NCBI GenBank assembly: GCA_964016885.1
Contig: OZ024740.1
Coordinates: 379,502,001-379,566,000 of the forward strand
Source of the DNA: Eledone cirrhosa
Lineage: Eukaryota
Reading direction: 5' to 3'
DNA: 64,000 nucleotides
Part shown: positions 14,033-26,987 of the stretch, one piece after another
Numbering within the stretch: the stretch's first letter is position 1
Layout: the number at the start of each line of letters is the position of its first letter
Notes under the pieces: model-generated
Databases searched by the model: none
What the model was told of the DNA's origin: nothing
Seen by the model: only the letters and a program-made list of their open reading frames with translations
Made by a program: the position numbers and the translations under genes

Positions 14033-14312
14033 TGGAAGCACGTGGCCTAGTGGTAAGAGTGTTGGACTTACGATCGTAATGTCGTAGGTTCGATTCTTGG
14101 GCTGTGTGTTGTGGTATTGAGCAAAACACTTCATTTCACGTTACTCCCGTACACTCAGCTGAAAATGAGTACCAGCAATAGCTGGAGGTTTAACCCTGCG
14201 ATGGACTGGTGTCCTGTCCAGGGGGAAGTCTTGTATCTCAGTCGCTTCACGCTATGAAACCGGGATAAGCACCGGCCAAATGAGCCTTCTGGCTTAAGAC
14301 AGACTTTAGACT
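14033..14312 (+). mobile_element. tRNA-derived SINE, second family (CORE/V-like domains)
   Basis: A-box TGGCCTAGTGG, B-box GGTTCGATTC, TTGAGCAA..CACTT core and CCCTGCGATGGACTGG.GTCCTGTCCAGGG; partial relative at 33305-33455. Confidence 0.7.
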
Positions 14313-14929
14313 TTCTTTTTAGTTTGTTATAGGTAATCTAACCCTAATAACAATGGATAAAAAATGACAAGCAAAAAATTCTGCTGTTAATTCGTGTCTA
14401 AAGCTTGTATTCGAAGAAATAGGCAACAAATGTTGATGAATAAATGACCACAACAAACGAATGAAATGAACACAAAATTATTTGATACTATGTTTCGCGA
14501 ATTGGAAAAGTTCAAGGAATTAATGATGGATCATTGAACAGAACAACGAAGTTTGGCGACACTTGAACAAATACCTTTACTTCTACAGGCAGATATATTC
14601 AGAGAAAAAGAAATAAAAAGATAAAAATACTGTTTCAATAACTCTCAATAAGTATTTTTAAAAGAAATATATTCGTAAAAATATATTATTTTACCCAAAT
14701 TTTATTTCTATTTTTTATGTATACTAGAATGAAAGGTACTCTGTATTCCTGTATGTCGTTAGAAACGATCAAAAGAGTTAGCAACAGGAGGGGCAGCCGG
14801 TCGTCAAGGGGAAATGGTATTACAACGTTTGCTGCTGTTGGTGAACACTACAATGAAGTATAATGTTTCACTTCTTACAAAGTATTGAATAGTATCCTTT
14901 ACTGAAACCTAAATACCTTTCATTACATT

Positions 14930-15048
14930 ATTCTGAGTTCAAATCCCGCCGAGGTTGACTTTGCCTTTCATCCTTACGGGGTCGATAAAATAAAGTACCA
15001 GTAATGCACTGAGTAATTGCTGGCCTTGTGCCTAAAGTAGAAACAATT
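14930..15048 (+). mobile_element. 5'-truncated Meta-type SINE
   Basis: B-box and Meta core; ATTACATTATTCTGA duplicated at both ends. Confidence 0.75.
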
Positions 15049-15139
15049 ACATTATTCTGAAAAATGAGGCGAGGAATCATTTAGGTGTTTTGAAAGTTCT
15101 TTACTTTATTTCTTATATATTACTGTTCAATTCCACACA

Positions 15140-15185
15140 GTGTGTGTGTGTGTGTCGTGTGTGTGTGTGTGTGTGTGAGTGTGTG

Positions 15186-15261
<76 letters not shown>

Positions 15262-15310
15262 TGTGTGTGTGTGTGTGTGTGTGTGTTTGTGTGTGTTTGT
15301 GTGTGTGCAC
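15140..15310. repeat. (TG)n/(CGTG)n microsatellite
   Basis: Directly visible. Confidence 0.95.
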
Positions 15311-15459
15311 ATATGTTGGAATTGCTCACAGAGTACATGGAAAAAGTATTTTTTAGATATTTGATATCTAATATTCGATAAGATTGTTATTTCACTCCAA
15401 ATATTTAATGTAACAATTATAAAATTATTCATTCTGTCGGATTAAAGAAAAAATAATTT

Positions 15460-15735
15460 TAAGATATACTTGTACACACAAATTCAAAGAGATTTTACAA
15501 TCACCAAACATCAAACACCTTTCAGAAAATACAACGACCTTGGTAATTCACAGCTGGAACTTGAAAGAGAAAAACCGTTGGCTACAGAATTAAATGAAAG
15601 GTGTTGAACAAATATTGACCATACACAAATGGATCTAAAAATGTATGCTTTGTGTAACTGAGAGGATAAATATTATCCACAGACTGAAATCATTGGCAAG
15701 TGTCCTCACGGGGATAGATTCTTACTTAGGCTTTT
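15460..15735 (+). mobile_element. Decayed Penelope-like GIY-YIG C-terminal remnant
   Basis: Fragments HKFKE, TTLVIHSWNLKEK, KCMLCVTE, EIIGKCPH resemble PLE endonuclease tails; weak. Confidence 0.4.
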
Positions 15736-16059
15736 GAAAAATATCACCACCTCCATATTAACAACTGAGCAGATTTATAATGTAACAACTCTCCACATAC
15801 GGAAATAACAAAGCAAAAAACACAGTACAATGAAGAAATATATCAGTTTAACGCTTGATATAGTAGGGAAAGAGTATTTACGCGCAGTCCTTCATCAGAA
15901 AATAGAATGAGAATTAAAAGATGAAATAGAAAGATAGAGGGTGGGAAGAGGGAGAAACGGAGAACAATGTTCGTGTATATCCAGCCAGCCATTTGGGATA
16001 TGTGTGTTTGTGTTTGTGCGCATGTGTGGGTGTGGCTGGCTATACATTCAACCGAATTT

Positions 16060-16720
16060 GCGTGCAGCTGCTAAACGAGAAAAGTTTTGAGCTAATCCAC
16101 TTTAAATTATTCTCTTCTTTTGGGAGATCTCCCTGTGATATCACATAATATCAGAGACTTAGGTGTAATTGTCGATAACAGCCTAATCTTGAGCACCCAC
16201 AACAACAACAATATTGATATGACTCGCAGGATGTGCTCTTGAAATCTTAGAATTTTCCTGTTTAGAGATCCAGATGCCTTTTCTACTCTTTTCTGCTTTT
16301 GCTCAGTCCCACCTTAAATACGTTTGTCCGTTGTAGCTTCCCTATACAAAACATATGAGAACTGAAGCTCCTCAGACGTCAATTACAAAAATAATCAATG
16401 ATATAACAGGCCTCAATACTGGGATCTGCTGGAAAAGTTAAAGCCATACTGTCTTTGATACCGTCGTCAATGCTACATTTGTACGATGATTCCATCAATA
16501 TTGTTCAAATGAAGTTAGCATCAAGTTTTAAAATACCCCGCTTCAAAACCTTGCTCATATTATATAACAACATAACTATTTCTCCTCAACTGGCCCTGCT
16601 TTAATCAACATTATAGAGAAACAAATGAAGGAAGAAAATAATACCACAACCTTCAAATGGCACCAGTATAAATTCCTTCCAGAAATTCTAGATAAACCAC
16701 CTTCACTATTGGCTTAGCTA
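16060..16720 (+). mobile_element. Decayed CR1-like LINE 3' remnant
   Basis: IRDLGVIVDNSL, YWDLLEKLK and LDKFL-like motifs with stops and frameshifts. Confidence 0.55.
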
Positions 16721-16984
16721 GCAGAGAAGCAAGAGATACAACCACTCCTCTTGAACTAATTTTTCAGAAGTGACAACCTGTTCAATAAATTATTTAAAAG
16801 CTTGTGCTATTAAGTTAGACATATACTGAATGAATTCAGTCAAAAATCTATCAAAGTTATATTTACCGACCTATCCATCTACGTATGTATGTAGATGCAC
16901 GTATTATACTTATCAAATCTCTGTGTCTCACTGTCTTTATGCCATTCTTGTATTTACCCGTCTATCTATCTATCTATCTATCTA

Positions 16985-17328
16985 TTTTTATGAAAGATAG
17001 GTGAAAGTGGCGAGAATGGCCCGTGTGAATGGGCCTTCACTCTACATCAGACTATAGGTGAGGAAGATGAAAGACCAAGGGAGCACCCCCTCTCTGTGCT
17101 CCTGGGGAGAAGGGTTGCACACTTTTTTTCGGGGGGGGGGGCGACCCCCCAAGGCGCCTCCTCCCTATTGAGGATTTTGTTACAAAATTTATTTTATTAT
17201 ATTTTATTTTATTTTTATACTTTTATATCTTGTTATTGCCTCCTCCATATTCAGGACGCCTTTGCATGTAAACTCCCTCCTTTGTACTTGTCCCACTTTT
17301 GATGCCCTGGTGGCAAATAAAAAGAAAG
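16985..17328 (+). mobile_element. Tx1-type LINE 3' end, truncated copy A
   Basis: FYER*VKVARMARVNGPSLYI followed by the 3' UTR; bounded by (TCTA)n on both sides. Confidence 0.85.
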
Positions 17329-17347
17329 TTATCTATCTATCTATCTA

Positions 17348-18830
17348 TGGCGTCGTCGGACGCTGGACGGAGGGCCCGGTGAAGTTGCTCGGGGTCTGGT
17401 TCGGACCGGACCTCCAGGTGGAGAAAAACTGGGCGGAGGTTACGAACAGGGTGTTTGCACTGACCCAGAAGTGGGCCAGTTGCAAACTATCCCTGAAAGG
17501 TCGGGCGGAGGTGGCGAACACCTACATAGCGTCCGTCATCTACTACCGCCTGACCGTAGTGCCCTGCCCAAGGGAAACCCTCACCAAGATGGAGCGCGCG
17601 CTCTTCCAATTCCTTTGGAAGAGGCGGGCTCCTATGGTGAGGAGATCCATCTGCTGTCAACACCCTTCGAAAGGGGGGCTGGGGATGCCGTGGCTAATGA
17701 TGCGTAAACACGCATTAAGGCTACGGCACCTCTACGTATTCCTCACCGGACAACCGGTGTGGGCCTCGTTTGTGAGACGAACCTTTCCCAGACTCGTCTC
17801 ACTCACCGAGCTGCAATCCTGGGTCAAGCAAAGACCGAGAAAACTGGGCGCCTGGCACACTGAGTGTGCCCAGGCGCTCACCGCCCTCTGGCAGGCGGAT
17901 CCGGTTATCAGTGGAGACTCCACCGCAACATTCTATAGAGGGCTGGTACGCAGCAGGTGCGACGACGCCCTCGGAGAAGCCCTAGACATGGAGGAGGACG
18001 AACTGGCCGGCCTGTTCGGTAGGACATTCAGCCCGGGACCTATGGACAACTTCCAGAAGTCCCTGGCCTGGCAGTGCTACCGAGGAGCTTTACCCGTTCG
18101 AGAAAGGCTCTACAGACACGGGCGCCCGGGTAAGGACCCCGCCAAAAAGATCTGTCCCAGATGCGTGTGCGACGAGGAAACCGTTGCACACGCATTGGTA
18201 CACTGCTCGGGCGTAGCCGATCTGTGGGGCTATGTCGAACAACTGCTGTCAAAGGTGGGACCGATCCGGTTGACCACCGAGTCTATTGTGATGATCAAGC
18301 CGCCTCCCCCCTTCAAAGATGAAGCAGAGGCGGTGTTTCTGTGCGTAATAGCCATGGCGAAAGAGGTTGTATGGTGGACGCGTCTGAAAGGACTGAGGTC
18401 AGGCACCTTTCTCTCTGGCCAACAACTGGTCCGTTTCTTCCGATATCATTTCGGAAGAAGGATCAGGATGGAGAGAGAGGTGCTGCACCCCAGTCGTTTT
18501 TATGAAAGGTGGGTGAAAGTGGCGAGAATGGCCCGTGTGAATGGGCCTTCTCTTTACATAAGCCTGTAGGTGGAAAAGAGGAAGGAACGAGGGAGCACCC
18601 CCTCTCTGTGCTCCTGAGGAAAAGGGTTGCACACTTTTTTCGGGGGTGTGTGCGACCCCCCAAGGCGCCTCCTCTCTATTGAGGATTTTGTTATAATTCT
18701 ATTTTTTGTTATATTTTATTTTATTTTTATATATTGTTATTGCCTCCTCCCTATTGAGGACGCCTTGTTTTGTAAACTCCCTCCATTGTACTTGTCCCAC
18801 TTTTGATGCCCTTGTGGCAAATAAAAGAAA
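17348..18830 (+). mobile_element. Tx1-type LINE, 5'-truncated copy B (ORF2 C-terminal part open to 18569)
   Basis: Protein nearly collinear with the 7756-9000 ORF; same 3' UTR; flanked by (TCTA)n. Confidence 0.9.
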
Positions 18831-18832
18831 CA

Positions 18833-18897
<65 letters not shown>

Positions 18898-18908
18898 GTC
18901 TGTCTATA

Positions 18909-19727
18909 ACACCCTTGGAGAGTCGCTGGACATGGAAGAAGACGAACTGGCCAGCCTGTTCGGTAGGACTTTCGGCCAAGGACCAATGGACAACTTCCAG
19001 AAGTCACTGACCTGGCAGTGCTACCGGGGGGCTCTACCCGTTCGAGAGAGGCTCTACAGACACGGGCGCCCGGGCAGGGATCCCTCAAAAAAGATTTGCC
19101 CTAGATGCGTGCGTCACGAAGAAACCGTTGCGCACGCATTGGTGCAATGTCCGGGCGTGGCTGATCTGTGGGGCTACGCCGAACGACTGCTGTCGCGGGT
19201 GGCGCCGATTAAATTGACCGCCGAGTCCGTGATGACAATCAAACCGCCTCCCCTCTTCACAAAGGAAGCAAAGGCGGTTTTTCTGTGCGTAATAGCCATG
19301 TTGAAAGAGGTTGTTTGGTGGACACGATTGAAAGGTCTGAGGTCAGGCAACTTCCTCTCTGGCCATAGTCTGGTCTACTTCTTCCGATATCACTTCGGAA
19401 GAAAGATAAGAATGGAGAGAGAGGTGCTTGGCCACAGGCAGTTTTATGAAAGGTGGGTGATAGTGGCGAGAATGGCTCGTGTAAATGGGCCTTCTCTGTA
19501 TACCATCCTGTAGGTAAAGAAGTAAAGGAGAGGGGAGCACCTTCTCCATGTGCTCCCCGGGCAAAGGATTGCACACTTTTTCGGGGGTGTGTGCAACCCC
19601 CATCACGTCCCCTCCCTTTTGAGGTTATTTTCGATTATTTTCATGTTACACCCTTTTTACTCGATTATATGTAAACTCCCCCTTTGTATTTGTCCCTTCT
19701 TTTTATGCCTTTATGGTAAATAAAGAA
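18909..19727 (+). mobile_element. Tx1-type LINE, 5'-truncated copy C (diverged subfamily)
   Basis: zf-RVT region and 3' UTR; flanked by (TCTA)n. Confidence 0.9.
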
Positions 19728-19913
19728 ATCTATCTATCTATCTGTCTATCTATCTATCTATCTATCTAATTCTACAACTGTTTATATGCCCGTATATATG
19801 TGTGTATATACAAATAATAAATATTTATATCAATAGAATGTATAGAAGTAAACACGCTTTATATAAAAAGAAAGAGAAATACATGTATATTTACAAATAT
19901 TTAAACATATACG

Positions 19914-20020
<107 letters not shown>

Positions 20021-20255
20021 ATATATATATATATGTATATCTATATATGTATATATATATATTTCGTTTCTGAATTTGTTTAGCAAGATTCTTTATCTGA
20101 AATCGTGTGTTGAAACCGATATTGTTATACTTTGGGAGGGTCATGTTGCCAATAAGAAACACACGCACCAGTTGCTTTCACTTCAATTTATTATAATAAA
20201 TTTATAAATTTCTGGTTGGTTGGTTAGTTCCACAACCAGATAGTTGTTTATATAT

Positions 20256-20300
20256 AGTCATAGTTCTTTCGTCACACACTCTGTGACCTCTTCAGTGACT
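20256..20300 (-). ncRNA. Minimal type I hammerhead ribozyme in PLE pseudo-LTR
   Basis: Reverse complement of the 23841-23885 motif. Confidence 0.8.
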
Positions 20301-20451
20301 GGGGATTCCTTTCTTTGTTTCTGTGCCTCTCCTTTGTTCTGTCCTACGCCATTTTGTTTCTGTGTGTGTGTTGTGTGCTCAGTCTGCGCATGCGCCACAT
20401 CCGGGTGTCTGTGTGTGTTTATGTTCATTTATTTATTTGTTTATTTACATG

Positions 20452-22997
20452 TTACTGGTTGGTTGTTTGTTCTATGTGTGTGTGTGTTTTCATTTTGTAA
20501 GTTGTGATGTTGCTGTTCCACTCATATTTTCTATTTAATTTTGGTTGTAATTCTTTTATGTTTATTGCCTCTGTAATTTGTCTAAACATTGCGTCTTTTC
20601 TGTGTGTAGATTCTATTTTTATTTCTATGTTCTCTAATTTACTCTTGTGTTCTATTTTAGCATGTTGGTAGAGTACAGATGATTCTTTATTATCTTGAAG
20701 GTCTCGCCAGTGTTCATTTATCCGTTCCCCTACACTACGAGCTGTCTCACTTATGTACACTATATATTTGTCTCTACATTGTCCTTCAGTACATCTTATG
20801 CTATACACTACATTTCTAGTTTTACAGTTAATATGGGGGCTTATTTTACAGGTTATACATTTCTTATCTATACATGAGGGTCTTTGAAAAGGGTATGTCT
20901 TGCTAATAAGTGTTTTTACGGAGGTACCTGGTCTTTCTACTATCTTAATATTGAGTTTATGTTTATTTAGGGCCCTTCTAAATTTGTAAGCTAATTCACC
21001 TCTAGGGGTTGTATCGATGAACATTACACTCTGGTATTTATTGCTATCATACCATGAGTTTATTCTATTAGCCTTGTTCCTAGTTCTTTCTATTCTATTC
21101 CAAAATTTGCTCCTATACAAGGGGGAGGTCCCATTTATGTCATTATTTACCATTTTTTCCCATTTGGTTCTGGCTCCTCTATACACTCTGATTCTATCTC
21201 TCTGATTGTAGCCAGAGAACTGCATACGGTGGATGAAGTGTTGTATGTGTCTCTCTAGTTCTTCGGGGTTGCACATGCGGGACACATTTCTCATCACCCG
21301 TACCAAATCCGCAATCAGTATGTTGATTTTGGTATGGTCCGAAACGGCCGAGTTTCGGTGGATCAGATGTTTGGAAGTCATGGGTTTGGCATAATGGGAA
21401 TGGAGGATTTGTTTTTTGTTGTTAATGGTATCTAACCAGAGCTCTGTGTCTAGTACAGGTAATCGATGGTTGGGGTGTTTACTTGGGTAGTCTATAGTAA
21501 CTCTAATGCTCTGGTGGATGGAGTTTGCTATTTGCTGGATGCTTTCCATTGTGTTTTTCTCTAGTTCCTGACTGTTCTCTAGTGGGGGTGTCTTAACTAC
21601 GATGTTTATATCATCTACGTAGCGGGAGTACATTATCAGGGTTAAGGGGTCTTCTAATTGTTCTTTAAGTTTAAGTTTAAGTCTACTGTCCCACCATACC
21701 ATGAATAAGTTAGCTATGTCGCCTGCAATGCTAACACCAATGGCTGCTCCTTCCACTTGGGCATATGTTTTTCCATTAAATTTGAACATATGTTCCTTAA
21801 GGGTTAGTTTTATGCTGGCCCCTACCGCATGTGCAATCATTTTCTTCGGTTCATCGTGGTTTTCGGGTGTCCGTACGGCTCTGGTCCACCCGTTCCATCT
21901 ATCTGTGTGGGTTTTCTTGGCCATTGAGGTAATGGTAGGTGGTCTGCCTCTTGCTGGTCTTGTAGGGCACAGGTTGCTAAGGTCATATGTGTCTAGGTAA
22001 TTATTACTATAGGTAAGCTTAAGTAGGAGTCCCAGCTCACCGGTATCAATCCCACGGAACTCAACCTTGCTCTCACTGATCATTTCTACGCATTTCTCCA
22101 CAGCAAAATCCACGTCAATAGATGGATACAGGGACACAACATCCATACTGCCTATTATGCAGTTTGTTAGGTCCCCAGATCGGTTACTCACGCCGATTCT
22201 GCTGAGGAGGTCCTCCGTGCTGTCACATACATCTGGGGACATTTCAATGATGGGGCGTATGATCAGGGAGAGGAAGTAGGACAGCCTGTAGTTACTAGCA
22301 ATGTTAGCTCCACAGACTGGCCGTGTTGGTGGTCCCGCGACAGGGTCACAGCCCGTTTTATGGTCTTTTCGAAGCCCATACAACGCCGGCACGTCATTGT
22401 TCCAGGCCTGGAAGTTGTTGGCAGTCCTTTTGTTGGGCTGCATTATATTCGTCCACATCACCATATGGGCATTGAGGGCTTTTTCTCTATCCTCATGCTC
22501 CTGTGGTGTTACCTCTCTTGTGTTAGTGATGTGGGTTGCATTGCCTGGATGTAGTTTGGCAGGCTGTCAACCGACATTCTGCCAGACTTGTCTGTTGGAA
22601 AGCATGCTATCTCTCCATTACGTGAGCGCTGCATGAGCTTACGCAAGCCATTTGCAGATTTTTCTCCCAGTTGCTGGGCCTCCATTCTATTATGCTTCTT
22701 GCTATACTGTTCTATAATATTTCTAAGTTCGGATCTAGCTATACTAAATTGTGCTTCTGTTTGTTCATCGACCTGCGACGGCAATTGCGTGCGTTTGTTA
22801 AATGGTAAAGTCGTGGCGTGGAATCGTCGCAGGTCGAATGATTTATCGGAGGGATTATAAAACGTAGAGTTCCAGGCTGCTGCTTTATGTGTACTAGTGC
22901 TATTGTTATTGTTAGTTGTGTTGTTTCTATTTCTATTTCCACCAACAGCCTCATGGTTGTTTCTATGTCTCTCACAATTACTCCTATCTCTTTCCAC
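20452..22997 (-). pseudogene. PLE polyprotein: reverse transcriptase, Cys-rich linker, GIY-YIG endonuclease; 5'-truncated, one frameshift near 22535
   Basis: TDKSGR, LYGLRKDHK, TRPV, SMDVVSLYPSI, GAAIG, RYVDD, CIDKKCITC..C, VVYSIRC..YISETAR..ERINEH. Confidence 0.9.
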
Positions 22998-23840
22998 TGG
23001 CTCATTGTTGTTATCTACCCTATTTTGTGTGTCTGTGTGTTCGTCTTGGTTATTCTCTTAGGAACAAGGCTAATAGAATAAACTCATGGTATGATAGCAA
23101 TAAATACCAGAGTGTAATGTTCATCGATACAACCCCTAGAGGTGAATTAGCTTACAAATTTAGAAGGGCCCTAAATAAACATAAACTCAATATTAAGATA
23201 GTAGAAAGACCAGGTACCTCCGTAAAAACACTTATTAGCAAGACATACCCTTTTCAAAGACCCTCATGTATAGATAAGAAATGTATAACCTGTAAAATAA
23301 GCCCCCATATTAACTGTAAAACTAGAAATGTAGTGTATAGCATAAGATGTACTGAAGGACAATGTAGAGACAAAAATATAGTGTACATAGGTGAGACAGC
23401 TCGTAGTGTAGGGGAACGGATAAATGAACACTGGCGAGACCTTCAAGATAATAAAGAATCATCTGTACTCTACCAACATGCTAAAATAGAACACAAGAGT
23501 AAATTAGAGAACATAGAAATAAAAATAGAATCTACACACAGAAAAGACGCAATGTTTAGACAAATTACAGAGGCAATAAACATAAAATAATTACAACCAA
23601 AATTAAATAGAAAATATGAGTGGAACAGCAACATCACAACTTACAAAATGAAAACACACACACACATAGAACAAACAACCAACCAGTAACATGTAAATAA
23701 ACAAATAAATAAATGAACATAAACACACAAAGACACCCGGATGTGGCGCATGCGCAGACTGAGCACACAACACACACACAGAAACAAAATGGCGTAGGAC
23801 AGAACAAAGGAGAGGCACAGAAACAAAGAAAGGAATCCCC

Positions 23841-23885
23841 AGTCACTGAAGAGGTCACAGAGTGTGTGACGAAAGAACTATGACT
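23841..23885 (+). ncRNA. Minimal type I hammerhead ribozyme in PLE pseudo-LTR
   Basis: AGTCA-CTGAAGA-G-GTCACA gagtg TGTGAC-GAAA-GAAC-TA-TGACT: stem I AGTCA/TGACT, stem II GTCACA/TGTGAC, conserved core, very short stem III. Confidence 0.8.
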
Positions 23886-24039
23886 ATATATAAACAACTA
23901 TCTGGTTGTGGAACTAACCAACCAACCAGAAATTTATAAATTTATTATAATAAATTGAAGTGAAAGCAACTGGTGCGTGTGTTTCTTATTGGCAACATGA
24001 CCCTCCCAAAGTATAACAATATATATATATATATGCACG

Positions 24040-24170
<131 letters not shown>

Positions 24171-25039
24171 CGCACATAGTGAGATAAGTTTTTCTTTCAG
24201 CCATTCGACTCTGGTAACTTGGAAGAGAAGCATCACTTCAACCTGTTCAAGCAAGTAGCGAGATGTAGCGCTTAGCAAAAGTTTACGGCTCTGTCGACAA
24301 GGGTCCGACAGCAATTCTTCCATCGGCACTTCAACTACACACAGAGAATCATCTGTCTCTTGATATAGACAACCCAGCTCCCTTGCACTGCACGCTTACT
24401 ACTACCTGTGATGATAATGCTGACTGACTACAACTTGTCACCGGCTGATTGAGCATAGAATATTAAACAAAGACCCTGCAGCAAAATACAAAAGACTTTT
24501 CGAACATTGTATCATTTGTGCGTGCAACCATTAAAATTTATATTTTTATGATTCGAAGTAATCATATTCTTTTTCCTTTATAATTGAAGTGAAGTAAAGT
24601 TATATATCAAATCAAAATTATTGTATTTGTCGTGTTTATCATCCTCTTTCATAACAACTACATACTTCGCTTCATATATACCATTTATGTTAGATTGTTT
24701 ACCAATGGATAGACGTGGTGTTTCCGGTTGGTAAACGATGATGCAATAAATTAAAGCACTCGACTCTTTGCAAATCATCCATCGTAGGTGTTGTATCCCG
24801 TAGCTGGTGTAGGAAAGGAGTTACATATTCATTAAAAAACAGGAGGTCGGATTGGAAACTTTCTTTAGAATTTTAATTCCGCGAAAACATTCTGCATATT
24901 TCGATGAGCCAGCTTTATCATCCGATCATGATGCAAGGCGTATTCATCAGGTGTTATTTGTAGAATTAATTCCATAATATAACAGTATTACGGTGAACAC
25001 AAACAAAGAATAGAAACTAGAAAACAGAGGACCGATTTG

Positions 25040-26165
25040 ATTCGGGATGGCCTGCCAATTCAGTGATATTGTAACGGCAAACCATCAACGAATCCAAAAT
25101 CAATACGAGATCTGGGTATTGGCATGAGCAATGTTGTATCGTTTTCTGCACACATCACCAAAATTGACGGCAATCTGCAGTTGACTGTCGGGTTGAATTC
25201 TGAGGACTTTCAGGACAAAAGACCCGTCCTCAGCTGACTTGACTATTGCTCTCAGCTGTGGCAATCTTGAAGCAATCCATCGAAGCTACACCAAGAGGAT
25301 TGCCTCAATGAAAGAGATGAGCTACTTGGAGAAGCTGAAAGAACTAAAGCTTTACTCGCTGAAGCGAAGATGGAAGAGGTCGGCAGTGATATACGTATGG
25401 AAGATCCTGGAAGGGCTTACATCAAACTTTGGCATTGAAGGCAGGACAAGCCCAGGAACATGTCGCCACTGTGTAGTGTCGAAGATTCCATCCGTCGAAT
25501 CAAGAAGAAATACTGCAATGCTGCAATAGCCTGGGGTTCAAAGGACCCAGCTCTTTAATAAGCTGCCAAAAATCTGACAGATCTACACGATATGCATGTA
25601 GATGTTTTCAAGAAACATCTCGACAACCTGCTAACCAAGATCCCGGATGAACCCACAATATGAGGTGAATCACAAATAAGGGCTACAGCAACAAACTCCC
25701 ATTTGCATCAATGGCCAACCAAGGAAAGGTGCCTATAGAAAGTGTAGCGTCAATGGGGGTATAGCGAGATTACTGGTTGTATGAATGTAACAAAACGAGA
25801 CAATGTTTGTGTATATAATATTTAATTAACGGTAGATAGAATACTTGACATGTCAAAAATAGATGTTAGAATGAAACAAAGTTAGTAGTTACCGTTTTGA
25901 TTGCCAGGCAAACGCGGCTGGCAGAGGGCGCCTGGCTAAGGCCAGGCGCCTGTTGGCCAAATTAATGGCAGAGCCAAATGAGAAGACTCTTGACCTGGTG
26001 CCGAAAAGGCAAAGAGAGAAAGGAAGCTTAAAGTTGTTAGTTTTATAGGGCTCTGACCGGAAGTTGCAGAAAGGGTTCCACTTCCCGTCTAGATCCTAAT
26101 CAAAACAAGGGAGACAACCGCTACAGGGGTGTCCCAGCATGGCCTCAGGCTGTCGGCTGAAACAC
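25040..26165 (+). mobile_element. CR1-like LINE 3' remnant interrupted by a solo LTR
   Basis: IRDLGI, LEAIHRSYTKRI..MSYLEKLKELKLYSLKRR..IYVWKILEGL; the 3' UTR resumes after 26125. Confidence 0.7.
25760..26125 (-). mobile_element. Solo LTR of the family at 526-2621
   Basis: High identity to the LTRs at 526-893 and 2254-2621, same termini, 4-bp TSD GGGG. Confidence 0.92.
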
Positions 26166-26202
26166 GAAATAGAGAAATAGAGTAATATAGGTATATATAT
26201 AT

Positions 26203-26285
<83 letters not shown>

Positions 26286-26291
26286 ATAAAA

Positions 26292-26385
26292 AGTCGAGAC
26301 CCGACGGCTGAGCTCTTGCCGTTTCAATAGCTAGTTCCGGAACTAGCTATTGAAACGGCAAGAGCTCAGCCGTCGGGTCTCGACT
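26292..26385. repeat. Perfect 94-bp loopless palindrome
   Basis: AGTCGAGACCC...CTAGTTCC|GGAACTAG...GGGTCTCGACT; the 47-bp arms are exact reverse complements. Confidence 0.95.
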
Positions 26386-26483
26386 CTTTTTAGTATAGCC
26401 ATACTCTACTACCCCAAGTATCGAGTACTCTGCTGAGTAATGACCTAACTAGTGTGAAACTGGTTCTATCCTGATATATATAA

Positions 26484-26621
<138 letters not shown>

Positions 26622-26806
26622 GTATGCATACGTGCTAAGGCGAGAAATAAAATTCTAATTTTATTTTATATATATATATACACATACATGTAAGTCAGTG
26701 GGTCTATGTGAACATGCAATGGCAAAAATTTCGAAAGGCGACTGATATTTAACACACGCCTTTCTCCCTTTCAAATCAGTCCGGAAGCCACAAGTGTATA
26801 CTTGAA

Positions 26807-26897
26807 ATGGCGCGACGAAGAGATCTGCTTTGTTTTGCTCTATTGTTGGTTGTCAACTTTGCTGTAATCTCAACTAGAAATGTATTGGTTATTGTGG
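26807..26897 (+). CDS. SGSH: N-sulphoglucosamine sulphohydrolase (sulfamidase), exon 1
   Basis: Signal peptide MARRRDLLCFALLLVVNFAVIS followed by RNVLVIV-G; GT donor; phase 1 matches exon 2. Confidence 0.85.
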
Positions 26898-26956
26898 GTA
26901 TGTTAAAAGAAACAATTTTTATCTTTGTGCTAGTGGTTAAGAAGTCCGCTGCTTGT

Positions 26957-26987
<31 letters not shown>

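Larger units (their letters stand above)
20063..24021. mobile_element. Penelope-like element in inverted (both 3' ends outward) arrangement
   Basis: Minus-strand RT + GIY-YIG ORF; about 960-bp inverted repeat (20120-21081 vs 23059-24021) covering the endonuclease and pseudo-LTR; inserted in (TA)n. Confidence 0.92.

Noticed and set aside
17262-17347. N-terminus of the 435-aa ORF as a novel fusion protein
   Set aside because: Chance read-through from the previous copy's 3' UTR and (TCTA)n into a truncated ORF2; starts at TTG.
20452-22997. Selenocysteine recoding or programmed frameshift in the PLE ORF
   Set aside because: The break is a 1-nt loss in a short C-run with no in-frame TGA or slippery heptamer; mutation or sequencing error is more likely.
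26430-26466. Hammerhead-like CTGCTGA...GAAAC
   Set aside because: Core mismatch and no convincing stems I/II.
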